Source: Lachnospiraceae bacterium
GTDB taxonomy: Bacteria > Bacillota > Clostridia > Lachnospirales > Lachnospiraceae
NCBI GenBank assembly: GCA_045627845.1
Contig: JAZQOL010000002.1
Span: 97,596-161,595, forward strand
Direction: 5' to 3'
Length of the DNA: 64,000 bases
Below the pieces are notes generated by a model. It had not been told where the DNA came from. It saw only the letters and a list, made by a program, of their open reading frames with translations, and ran no database searches. This document shows, piece by piece, positions 1 through 9,315 of this stretch (positions within the stretch are counted from its first letter, which is position 1; each line of letters opens with the position of its first letter). The position numbers were made by a program, and so were the translations under genes.

Positions 1-807
1 TCACCTAAATATCAAAGACTTTACGATGCATTTGGATGGGAATCGCCTAAATATGTTCATCTTGCTTTGATTACCGATGAAAATCACAAAAAATTATCAA
101 AGAGAAGTGGACATAGTTCGTTTGAAGATCTTTTGGAACAGGGATTTTTGACTGAGGCAGTTATTAATTATTGTGCTTTGCTTGGATGGTCTCCTGAAGA
201 CAACAATGAATTTTTTACTCTTGCTGAGCTGATTGAAAAATTTGACTATCGTAAGATTAATAAATCACCATCTGTATTCGATATTCAAAAATTACGATGG
301 ATGAATGGTGAGTATATTAAAAAAATGGATGATGATGATTTTCTTTCTATGGCAATGCCATATGTTGAAAATGTTATTACACATGATTTTAATAAAAAGA
401 AAATAGCACTTATGACAAAGAGTCGTATTGAAGTATTCCCTGACATTCCCGAATTGATCGATTTCTTTGAATGTGTTCCTGCTTATGATTGCTCTTTATA
501 TGACAACAAGAAGATGAAAACAAATGTCGAAACATCACTTGATGTACTTAAAAAGGTAAAGAATCTTCAATCCGAACTTGGCAGTATTACTTTTGATAAT
601 GATAGTCTTTTTGCAAAACTTTCTGAGTTCGCAAACAATGAAGGAGTTAAAATCGGTTATGTGATGTGGCCGATAAGAATTGCTCTTTCTGGTAAAATGG
701 CAACACCGGCAGGTGCAACTGAGATTCTTGAAGTATTAGGTTTTGACGAATCCTTTAGAAGAATTGATGATGCAATTGCTAAATTAGAAGAAATTGTTAA
801 GCCCTAA
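1..807 (+). CDS. gltX: Glutamate--tRNA ligase, C-terminal part (gene starts upstream of the window)
   Basis: Frame 1 is open from base 1 (SPKYQRLYDAFGW...). KLSKR (KMSKS-like) motif, LLGWS, FDIQKLRWMN and the MWPIRIALSG...TPG anticodon-domain motif. Confidence 0.95.
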   Translation, partial: SPKYQRLYDAFGWESPKYVHLALITDENHKKLSKRSGHSSFEDLLEQGFLTEAVINYCALLGWSPEDNNEFFTLAELIEKFDYRKINKSPSVFDIQKLRWMNGEYIKKMDDDDFLSMAMPYVENVITHDFNKKKIALMTKSRIEVFPDIPELIDFFECVPAYDCSLYDNKKMKTNVETSLDVLKKVKNLQSELGSITFDNDSLFAKLSEFANNEGVKIGYVMWPIRIALSGKMATPAGATEILEVLGFDESFRRIDDAIAKLEEIVKP

Positions 808-2533
808 ACAAAAAGAAGCAGTTTCCTACATGTCCGGATCCGCACTTATACTTGCGGGTCCGGGCTCAGGAAAAACAACTGTACTTACACATCACGTAAG
901 ATACCTAATAGATAATGGTGTCAGCCCGGCTGAAATATTAGTGATTACATTTACTAAAACAGCAGCCGTTTCTATGAAAAGTCGATTTAAAGAAATGATG
1001 CCGAAGTCGGCAGATTCTGTTTATTTTGGAACATTCCATTCATTCTTTTTCAAAATCCTTAAAAGCTATTATAAAAACAGTCCATCGATTGTAAATAATT
1101 CGGAAAGACTTAAGTATATAGGATCATTATTGGAAGACTATACGTTGTGCGACTATTATTCCAATTTGATTTCAAAGAAAAAAACTGAGTTATTATCCGA
1201 TGAAGAGTTTCAAAAATTTGATGATGAATTTAATAATTTGTTTAAAAGATATAATGATCTTTTGAAAGCTGAGAGTAAGATAGATTTTGATGATATTTTA
1301 TTATGTTGTTATAACTTATTATTAAATAATAAAAGTGTTCGTGATTTTCTTTCGAAAAAATACAAATATATTCTTATCGATGAATTTCAGGATATTAACA
1401 GAATTCAATATAATATAGTTAAATTAATGCTTTCCGACAAAGGAATTATATATGCAGTCGGTGATGAAAACCAATCTATCTATGGCTTTAGAGGTTCAGG
1501 CTCATGGTGCATGAAAAGTGTTCTTGAAGACTTTGATGTACATATTATCTATTTAGATATTAATTTTAGATCAGAACATGATATTGTATCATTTTCAAAT
1601 GAAGTAATTTCTCATAATAAAGATAGAATTAGTAAAATAACACAGTTATCTTTTTTAAATAATAAGCAGAAAAATGTCTTTATAAGATATTTTGATAATA
1701 TTAACGAGGAAAAACTTTCTTTAGCATGTGAAATTAAGAAATTGATGCCTGGCAAATCAATAGCATGTCTTTTTAGAACAAATAAAGAAGTTGAAGAATT
1801 TAGACAATATTTTGATAATTTGTTTTATGGCAAAAATAAAGAATCGTATATAAGCTTAATTGCTTCAACCGTTATTTATTATATTGATTATTGTATTTCG
1901 TTTGATATTGATGCATTGAAGAAAATTATTAACACTCCACATAGGGATATATTTGCGTCGATATTTGCTAAAAATAATAACCTTGATTCTTTGGAAAAAG
2001 AATATATAGGAACAAGTACAGGGGAGAAGATTCATACTTTTAATTCTCAAATCAATGTTTTAAAAAATTTGAAACCTTTTGCTTTTTTGATTTATTTAAG
2101 AAAAATTATTAATTTGGAAAAATATTTTATTTGCGAAGTTATGCTTAATCCTCAAAGTTTTGACGAAGCATATAATGTTTTTGTCAAAAAAGCTGTTGAA
2201 TGTAATAGTTTGAATGAACTTAAAGAAATGTTATTTAATAACTTTTGCATTGAAGCTATAACAAAAAACAGTACTCATAATCTTGATTTTAATGTAATGA
2301 CTTATCATCAGTCAAAAGGACTTGAATTTGATATAGTATTTCTTCCAAATGTTATTGAAGGAGTCGTTCCTGCTGAATTATCGGTATATGAGTGCAATGT
2401 TGAAGAAGAGAGAAGGCTGTTTTATGTTGCAATTACAAGAGCAAGAGAAAAGTTATATATTTTTTCAATAAAAAAAGAGGAAAGCAACCGGATGCTTCCC
2501 TCAAGATTTCTGACAGAATTAAATCATTCCTGA
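794..2533 (+). CDS. UvrD/PcrA/Rep-family SF1A DNA helicase (short form)
   Basis: AGPGSGKTT Walker A, LIDEFQD Walker B, VGDENQSIYGFRG, NFRS, TYHQSKGLEF, EEERRLFYVAITRARE. TTG start overlaps the end of gltX. Confidence 0.92.
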   Translation: MLSPKQKEAVSYMSGSALILAGPGSGKTTVLTHHVRYLIDNGVSPAEILVITFTKTAAVSMKSRFKEMMPKSADSVYFGTFHSFFFKILKSYYKNSPSIVNNSERLKYIGSLLEDYTLCDYYSNLISKKKTELLSDEEFQKFDDEFNNLFKRYNDLLKAESKIDFDDILLCCYNLLLNNKSVRDFLSKKYKYILIDEFQDINRIQYNIVKLMLSDKGIIYAVGDENQSIYGFRGSGSWCMKSVLEDFDVHIIYLDINFRSEHDIVSFSNEVISHNKDRISKITQLSFLNNKQKNVFIRYFDNINEEKLSLACEIKKLMPGKSIACLFRTNKEVEEFRQYFDNLFYGKNKESYISLIASTVIYYIDYCISFDIDALKKIINTPHRDIFASIFAKNNNLDSLEKEYIGTSTGEKIHTFNSQINVLKNLKPFAFLIYLRKIINLEKYFICEVMLNPQSFDEAYNVFVKKAVECNSLNELKEMLFNNFCIEAITKNSTHNLDFNVMTYHQSKGLEFDIVFLPNVIEGVVPAELSVYECNVEEERRLFYVAITRAREKLYIFSIKKEESNRMLPSRFLTELNHS

Positions 2534-2841
2534 TCCTCAAAATCAAGAGAATCAAGGTACTCGTCAAACTTATCGGCTGCAGCTTCATATTCTTCATCGT
2601 CGTCGATATAGATTAATTCTGGTTCTTCGTTTGTATCGTTTGGATTTTCTTTGTAACCATATATCCATACGTCTTCGCCGGCAGCATTACCTTCGTCGTC
2701 AAGTGGCATAAGCGCAATATAATCTTTATTATTCATTTCAAAAATTGTTACTACGGAACATACTACGGTACCATTTTCAAGTTCAAGGGATACTGTCATT
2801 TCTTCATCAATTTCTTTATCGAATTCATTTACATCGCTCAT
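2524..2841 (-). CDS. Small acidic protein, DUF1292-like
   Basis: Very acidic 105 aa: TVSLELENG..VVC.VVTIFE...KDYIALMP...EPEL..IDDDEEYE. Convergent with the helicase, 10 bp overlap. Confidence 0.75.
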   Translation of the reverse strand: MSDVNEFDKEIDEEMTVSLELENGTVVCSVVTIFEMNNKDYIALMPLDDEGNAAGEDVWIYGYKENPNDTNEEPELIYIDDDEEYEAAADKFDEYLDSLDFEDQE

Positions 2842-2978
2842 TTTTATACCTCTTTTTATTTTTCATTTATATTATGATATTTTTCGCTTTTCATCAATAT
2901 TGATTTTAAATTATAAGAATAATTTTGGATTTGTGTTATTATTATATTAAAGTTAAAAATATTTTCTGAGTTAAGAAA

Positions 2979-4802
2979 GTGAAGAATAATTATATGAATA
3001 TTTCTGTTAAAAGTGAATTGTTTAATGGATTTGGTGTAAGGCTGATTAAGAATAAGCTATATGTTTGTGCTTATCTTCCGTATAAAATTAACTCGGGCAT
3101 TCATTTTTATGCTAAAAATGATACAAATCAAACTTTATTTTCGGTTGAATTTGATGATACATTTTATATTGGTGATGTAGTTTGTGTTAGCATTCAGGGG
3201 AGAGATTTTGACAACCTATATTATTCTTTTTATGCTGATAATGAAAAAGTAATTGATAAATATACTTTTTCCTTTGATGAAAAAATAGGGTTATCTCGTA
3301 TAGTTTCTTTGGACTTGGATAGGCTTAAATCATGCAATAATAAAATACAAACTTCTTTTGAAAAATCATTTTTTTATTTGTTGAATATTCGTGGTTTTAC
3401 TATGATGGACACTTCTGTAAGAACGGCTAAAGGGACTTTTAAAGGCTGTGAAAAGAAAATCCGATATTTAAAAAATCTTGGAGTTACAGCTGTTATTACA
3501 ATGCCATTATATTCTGTAATACCTTATTCTGATTTGGATTATCGTTGCGACTGCTCAAAGAAAGTTGAAAAGGCAAACTATTGGGGCTTTGGAGAAGGAC
3601 TTCATTTCTCCGTGAATTCAAATTTAAGTTATTCTGAAGATCCTTGTTTTGAGTTGAGAGATTTAATAAGTGAATTTCACAAAAACGACATTGAGTTCAT
3701 TCCAATGATGCAGTTTGAAAAGAATACTAAGATTGAATATATACTCGATGTTTTAAAATATTGGTTGTTGTTTTATAACGTCGATGGTTTTAGATTTATC
3801 GGAGAGAATATACCTTCTCTTGAAATCGCAAATTATCCTTTATTTCATAACATTAAGATATTATGTGACAACATTGACGGAAACGGCTATAAACCGGATT
3901 ATATGTTGAAATATAAAAATTTAGGAATCTTTGATAACAGATTTCTCCAATTCTCCAGACGCTTTCTTAAAGGTGATGAAGATACTGTATCATATATGAG
4001 TTATGCTGTTAGAGAGAATTCCAAATTTTATTCGCCGATAAGATATATAACTGATTTTTCTGGTTTTACATTATATGATCTTGTTTCTTATAATGTAAAA
4101 CATAACGAAATGAATTTGGAATCAAACGTTGACGGTACAGATTATAACTACAGTTGGAATTGTGGAGAAGAAGGACCTTCTAAACAAAAAAAGGTAAACT
4201 CCTTAAGATTTAAGCAAATGAAAAATGCCATGATGATTTGCTTTTTATCTCAAGGCGTTCCTATGATATATGCCGGTGACGAGTGCTTTAATTCTCAAAA
4301 CGGTAATAATAATCCATACTGCCAGGATAATGAAATAGGTTGGACGAATTATAAAAAAGATAAAACTTCAAAAGCATTTTATGATTTTATAAAGAATCTG
4401 GCTTCGTTCAGAAAACGTCACGTGGTATTACATCAACCCAAAGAACTGATGATGTTTGATTATATTTCTTGTAAGATACCGGATGTTTCCTATCATTCTT
4501 CCGAAGCGTTTAAAATGGATTCATCTCCTTTTTCACGTGCATTTGCTGTATTATATTGCGGTGATTATTCAAGACAATATATTAATACGACAGAAGAGTC
4601 TGTTTATATCGTTTATAATATGTATTGGGAGCCATATGAGTTTGCGCTTCCAATCATAAATAAAAATAGAAAATGGAAATATTTATATTCAACAGCTGAT
4701 ACCTTTAATGTTGATTTTGATGAAGCTTTTGCTGTGGATTTTGATGATAAGTCTTATGTTGCTGCTCCAAGGAGTGTTTCTGTTTTTCTACTTTCGACTT
4801 GA
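2979..4802 (+). CDS. Glycogen-debranching enzyme (GlgX/isoamylase)-like GH13 protein, catalytic residues absent
   Basis: GTFKGCEKKIRYLKNLGVTAV, NYWG, VDGFRF, GFTLYDLVSYNVKHNE, NYSWNCGEEG, SQGVPMIYAGDE, NNNPYCQDNEI are GlgX-type motifs. See findings for the triad loss. Confidence 0.85.
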   Translation: MKNNYMNISVKSELFNGFGVRLIKNKLYVCAYLPYKINSGIHFYAKNDTNQTLFSVEFDDTFYIGDVVCVSIQGRDFDNLYYSFYADNEKVIDKYTFSFDEKIGLSRIVSLDLDRLKSCNNKIQTSFEKSFFYLLNIRGFTMMDTSVRTAKGTFKGCEKKIRYLKNLGVTAVITMPLYSVIPYSDLDYRCDCSKKVEKANYWGFGEGLHFSVNSNLSYSEDPCFELRDLISEFHKNDIEFIPMMQFEKNTKIEYILDVLKYWLLFYNVDGFRFIGENIPSLEIANYPLFHNIKILCDNIDGNGYKPDYMLKYKNLGIFDNRFLQFSRRFLKGDEDTVSYMSYAVRENSKFYSPIRYITDFSGFTLYDLVSYNVKHNEMNLESNVDGTDYNYSWNCGEEGPSKQKKVNSLRFKQMKNAMMICFLSQGVPMIYAGDECFNSQNGNNNPYCQDNEIGWTNYKKDKTSKAFYDFIKNLASFRKRHVVLHQPKELMMFDYISCKIPDVSYHSSEAFKMDSSPFSRAFAVLYCGDYSRQYINTTEESVYIVYNMYWEPYEFALPIINKNRKWKYLYSTADTFNVDFDEAFAVDFDDKSYVAAPRSVSVFLLST

Positions 4803-4923
4803 CTTTAATAATTTCAATGTATAGACTAAAATTTGTAATTTTAAAATGTTTGGCATATAGTCAAGACTTTAATATCTGCAAGCATTTAAGCTTAATATAA
4901 TCAGGTATTTTATGTGAGGGTTT

Positions 4924-5928
4924 ATGATAGACGGTAAGAAAGTTTTATTTAGCGGAATGCAGGCAACAGGAAATCTTACTTTGGGCAATTATGTAGGAGC
5001 TTTAAAAAACTGGCTTACTTTGTCTGATGAATATGAATGTTTTTATTCTGTTGTTGATCTTCACTCTATCACTGTAAGACAGGATCCTGCTGAACTAAGA
5101 CAAAGAGCTCGCAAACTTCTGACTCTTTATATAGCAGCCGGTCTTGATCCGAAGAAAAATTGTATTTATTATCAGTCTCATGTTAGTGGTCATGCAGAAT
5201 TGTCATGGATTCTTAATTGCTTCACTTATATGGGTGAACTTAACAGAATGACTCAATTCAAGGATAAATCAGCAAAACATGCTGATAATATTAATGCCGG
5301 TTTGTTTACATATCCTGTTCTGATGGCTGCTGATATTTTGCTTTATCAGGCAGATGTTGTTCCGGTTGGAAAAGATCAGCTTCAGCACTTGGAAATTACA
5401 AGAGATATTGCTCAACGATTTAATGCTATATATGGAGATGTGTTTACAATTCCTGAACCTTATATAGGAAAGACAGGTGCCAAGATTATGAGTCTTCAGG
5501 ACCCTGAGAAGAAGATGAGTAAGTCTGATGAGAATATAAATGCAAGTATTTATCTTATGGATGATAAAGATACTATAATAAGAAAGTTTAAAAGAGCGGT
5601 TACTGATTCAGAAGGTTGCGTGGCATATAACGATAATCAGCCCGGGATTCATAACCTTATAGATATTTACAGTGCTTGTTCGGGCAAAACGCCTGATGAA
5701 ATTGTTAAGGAATTCGACGGAAAAGGCTATGGCGATTTTAAAATGGCTGTTGGTGAGTCTGTTGCCGATCTTCTTGTTCCTTTACAAAATCGATTTTTTG
5801 AACTTGAAAAAGATAAGGCTTATATCGATTCTGTTATTAAGGAAAATGCTGAGAAAGCAAACTATTTTGCTCAAAAGACTTTGCGTAAAGTACAGAAGAA
5901 AGTTGGATTTCCTGAAAAAATCAGATAA
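4924..5928 (+). CDS. trpS: Tryptophan--tRNA ligase
   Basis: TLGNYVGA (HIGH-like), YPVLMAADILLY, VPVGKDQLQHLE, KMSKS. Confidence 0.97.
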   Translation: MIDGKKVLFSGMQATGNLTLGNYVGALKNWLTLSDEYECFYSVVDLHSITVRQDPAELRQRARKLLTLYIAAGLDPKKNCIYYQSHVSGHAELSWILNCFTYMGELNRMTQFKDKSAKHADNINAGLFTYPVLMAADILLYQADVVPVGKDQLQHLEITRDIAQRFNAIYGDVFTIPEPYIGKTGAKIMSLQDPEKKMSKSDENINASIYLMDDKDTIIRKFKRAVTDSEGCVAYNDNQPGIHNLIDIYSACSGKTPDEIVKEFDGKGYGDFKMAVGESVADLLVPLQNRFFELEKDKAYIDSVIKENAEKANYFAQKTLRKVQKKVGFPEKIR

Positions 5929-5936
5929 ATGTATTT

Positions 5937-5961
5937 AAAAGGCATACGTTGTATGCCTTTT
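5937..5961 (+). terminator. Intrinsic terminator after trpS
   Basis: AAAAGGCATAC-GTT-GTATGCCTTTT hairpin followed by a T-rich tail. Confidence 0.8.
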
Positions 5962-6062
5962 ATTTTTATCATTTTTGAATAATTTATTCCATTTACGGAT
6001 AAATAATGTATAATTATAAACGTTTAGTTTCTGCTAACATTAATATAAATTTGGAGAGTGAC

Positions 6063-7634
6063 ATGAGAAAACTTATACAATTTCAGAATATTATTAAAGA
6101 GTTTGACGGTCAGATTGTATTAAAAGGTATTAATCTTGATATTTATGAGAATGAGTTTGTTACTCTTCTTGGCCCATCCGGATGTGGTAAAACTACGCTA
6201 CTTAGAATTCTTGGTGGTTTTTTGGAGCCAAACCAGGGAACAGTTATATTTGACGACAAAGATATAACATCTATTCCGCCGTATAAGCGTGACCTTAATA
6301 CGGTATTCCAAAAATATGCTCTTTTTCCACATATGAATGTATATGATAATATAGCTTTTGGGTTAAGGATTAAAAAGATTCCGGAAGACATTATTGCTCA
6401 AAAGGTTGCCAGAATGCTCAAATTGGTTGGCCTTGAAGACTATGGTAAACGTGGAGTTAACGAAATGTCCGGTGGACAACAGCAAAGAGTAGCAATAGCA
6501 AGGGCACTTGTTAATGAGCCTAAAGTATTGTTGCTTGATGAGCCTCTTGGAGCACTTGATTTGAAACTTCGTAAAGAAATGCAGCATGAGCTGAAAAAAA
6601 TCCAGAGAGAAGTAGGAATTACTTTCATCTATGTAACACATGATCAGGAAGAGGCTCTTACTATGTCTGATAAGATTGTTGTAATGAAAGCCGGTGAAAT
6701 ACAGCAGATTGGTACCCCGATTGATATTTATAATGAACCGATTAACAGATATGTTGCGAATTTTATAGGTGAAAGCAATATAGTTGATGGCGTAATGCTT
6801 GAAGATCATAAGGTTATGTTCGAAGATAAATCTTTTGAATGCGTTGATTCCGGATTTTCTAAAAACGAGCCTGTTGATGTTGTTATCAGACCGGAAGATC
6901 TTGAAATTGTAGGTCCCAAAGCAGGAAATCTTAAAGGGATTGTTAAATCTGTTTTATTCAAAGGTGTTCATTATGAGACTATTGTTGAAACTAAGTCAGG
7001 TACAGAAATAACAGTTAAGATGAATGTTTCAGAGGATAAACCTGTAATTAATGAAATTGCGGGTGAAATGATGAGTGCTAACGATTTCTATATTGATCTT
7101 GCCGACCTTGAGGATATTAACAATGACTTTATTATTGCAAGAGCAGATGCTCAGGCTTGGAATCCTCAGACTGAAGAAAGAATTTCTATTCATTCTGTTG
7201 AATATGAAGTTTTGCCTGAATACGGAACGTATCCTGTTTCTTTTTCTACTCAGTCAGGTACAACAGTAACTGTGAATATGATTGTTGAAAAGGAAAACAG
7301 AGTTGTAAAAGAAGAATACGAAGAAGAAATTTACGCTGTAAATTTCTTCAAAAAATCTGACGAGATACAAGAAAGTATTGCACTTGAAACGGATTTAAAG
7401 ACATGGGCAAATGCTTCTGCATGGAGTATGGAAGACGGTTCACCTGTTACTATTACAGATGTTATTTATGATTTTGATCCTTCTTCAATTACACCAGGGG
7501 TTTATAATGTTACTTTTAGAACCGAAGGTTATGAATATAAAGTTGATACAACAAAAGAAACAAGCGTAGGAGATGCAGTTGGTTTAAAGTTCACTCCCGA
7601 TGCGATTCATATAATGAGTAAACAGACTTTTTAA
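6063..7634 (+). CDS. potA: Spermidine/putrescine ABC transporter ATPase with a ~175 aa internal insertion
   Basis: [54 protein letters not shown], final [12 protein letters not shown]. Start moved from the track's 6006 to ATG 6063, which follows the SD GGAG. Confidence 0.9.
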   Translation: MRKLIQFQNIIKEFDGQIVLKGINLDIYENEFVTLLGPSGCGKTTLLRILGGFLEPNQGTVIFDDKDITSIPPYKRDLNTVFQKYALFPHMNVYDNIAFGLRIKKIPEDIIAQKVARMLKLVGLEDYGKRGVNEMSGGQQQRVAIARALVNEPKVLLLDEPLGALDLKLRKEMQHELKKIQREVGITFIYVTHDQEEALTMSDKIVVMKAGEIQQIGTPIDIYNEPINRYVANFIGESNIVDGVMLEDHKVMFEDKSFECVDSGFSKNEPVDVVIRPEDLEIVGPKAGNLKGIVKSVLFKGVHYETIVETKSGTEITVKMNVSEDKPVINEIAGEMMSANDFYIDLADLEDINNDFIIARADAQAWNPQTEERISIHSVEYEVLPEYGTYPVSFSTQSGTTVTVNMIVEKENRVVKEEYEEEIYAVNFFKKSDEIQESIALETDLKTWANASAWSMEDGSPVTITDVIYDFDPSSITPGVYNVTFRTEGYEYKVDTTKETSVGDAVGLKFTPDAIHIMSKQTF

Positions 7635-7652
7635 TAGGAGGCAATTGATTTT

Positions 7653-8492
7653 ATGAAACAATTTCGTAAAATGGTATATCCGTATTTGATATGGAGTACA
7701 TTTATGATTGCTATTCCTATGTTGTTAATTTTGCTTTATGCTTTTACATCAGGAGGCAATTCCGTTTCTAAATTTGTTTTCAGCTTAGCAAATTTTAAAC
7801 GTTTCTTAACTGATACTACTTTTTTGGAAGTTTTGTATCGTTCGTTAAGAATAGCTGTTGAAACGACCGTTGTTTGCGTATTACTCGGTTATCCGGCAGC
7901 CTATTTTATTGCAAAATATAGTGAAAACATGAAAATGAGATGGGTTCTTATTATTACACTCCCGACATGGATCAATATGCTTGTTCGCACTTATGCCTGG
8001 ACGGGTATTTTGCAGGATGACGGGGTAATAAATGGATTTTTGGGATTATTTGGGGCTAAGCCTATTTCCTTTATGTATACTGATTTTGCTGTTATTCTTG
8101 GCATGGTTTATAATTTTCTTCCTTTTATGATTATTCAGATATATACATCTTTAACAAAGATGGACTTAAGCCTTCTTGAAGCAGCGAGTGACCTTGGTGC
8201 AAATCCCCGTAAATGTTTTATGAAGATTACATTACCACTGTCAATGCCGGGTGTTATCAGTGGAATTACTTTAGTATTTCTTCCCTCTGTATCCAGTTTT
8301 TGCATTCCAAGAATGTTAGGCGGCGGATCTTATGTTATGGTAGGTACTATTATTGAATCTCAGTTTTTGACGGCAGGAGATTGGAATTTTGGAAGCGCAA
8401 TATCATTAATAATGGCTATTATTATTATGATTTCCATGTACATTACAAAAAAGGTTGATAAGGGCGAAAAATTGGAGGGCCAGGCTGCATGA
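7653..8492 (+). CDS. potB: Polyamine ABC transporter permease
   Basis: LLGYPAAY, WINMLVRTYAW, LLEAASDLGA EAA loop, TLPLSMPG; operon position. Confidence 0.92.
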   Translation: MKQFRKMVYPYLIWSTFMIAIPMLLILLYAFTSGGNSVSKFVFSLANFKRFLTDTTFLEVLYRSLRIAVETTVVCVLLGYPAAYFIAKYSENMKMRWVLIITLPTWINMLVRTYAWTGILQDDGVINGFLGLFGAKPISFMYTDFAVILGMVYNFLPFMIIQIYTSLTKMDLSLLEAASDLGANPRKCFMKITLPLSMPGVISGITLVFLPSVSSFCIPRMLGGGSYVMVGTIIESQFLTAGDWNFGSAISLIMAIIIMISMYITKKVDKGEKLEGQAA

Positions 8493-9301
8493 TGAAGAAA
8501 AAGAAGAAAATCGGTAGCTCTATATTTATGTCCTTGATAGTTGTTTTTTTGTATGCGCCGATTGTTTATACAATTGTTTTCTCTTTCAATGAAAGTAAAT
8601 CGCTTACTCGCTTTACTGGATTTTCGCTGAAATGGTATGAAAAGATGTTTTCTAATAATACCATGATGGAGTCATTGTTTTATACAATTGCATGTGCTAT
8701 AATTGCCACTATTGTGTCTACTATTGTTGGCACAATCACAGCTATTGGCCTTTCTAAATCAAAAAAACTTGTTAAGAATGTTGTTGAACAGATTAATCAA
8801 TTGCCGATAATGAATCCTGAGATAGTTACCGCTATCGGTTTACTTATGCTATTTAGTTTTGGCCATATAGAAAAAGGCTTTTTTACAATGTTGCTTGCGC
8901 ATATTATGTTTTGTATACCTTATGTGATATTAAGTGTTATGCCTAAATTACGGACGTTAAACCCCAATTTGGCTGAAGCAGCAATGGATTTGGGGTGTAC
9001 TCCATGGCAAGCCCTTACCAAGGTTATCGTTCCGCAGTGCATGCCGGGTATAATTTCAGGTGCTTTGATCGCTTTCACTATGTCATTTGATGATTTTGTA
9101 ATATCGTATTTTGTTACCGGAAACGGAGTGAGCAATATTTCTATTTTGGTATATACCGAATCAAGAAGAGTAAATCCTTCGATTAATGCTTTATCAACAT
9201 TAATTGTATTGATTATTACAATTTCTTTGGTTTTGGTTAATATTATTCCTTCAATTGCCAATAAAAAACTTTCTAAGAAGAGCGTTGAAGATAATAAATA
9301 A
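8489..9301 (+). CDS. potC: Polyamine ABC transporter permease
   Basis: FLYAPI...FSFN, GFSLKWY, LAEAAMDLG, AFTMSFDDFVIS; ATGA overlap with potB. Confidence 0.92.
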   Translation: MMKKKKKIGSSIFMSLIVVFLYAPIVYTIVFSFNESKSLTRFTGFSLKWYEKMFSNNTMMESLFYTIACAIIATIVSTIVGTITAIGLSKSKKLVKNVVEQINQLPIMNPEIVTAIGLLMLFSFGHIEKGFFTMLLAHIMFCIPYVILSVMPKLRTLNPNLAEAAMDLGCTPWQALTKVIVPQCMPGIISGALIAFTMSFDDFVISYFVTGNGVSNISILVYTESRRVNPSINALSTLIVLIITISLVLVNIIPSIANKKLSKKSVEDNK

Positions 9302-9315
9302 ACGGAGGTTTTAAA

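Noticed and set aside
67-807. 246-aa ORF as a separate truncated GluRS or pseudogene
   Set aside because: The frame is open back to base 1; the truncation is only the window edge.
4803-4923. T-box riboswitch upstream of trpS
   Set aside because: Only ~120 bp, AT-rich, with no T-box consensus or terminator/antiterminator.
6143-6809. Antisense and alternate-frame ORFs in the track (e.g. 6363-6809, 8920-9261, 34920-35213, 38574-38906, 47723-48058, 60938-61291, 61715-62077)
   Set aside because: They lie wholly within well-supported genes and show no SD or recognisable motifs; treated as shadow ORFs.
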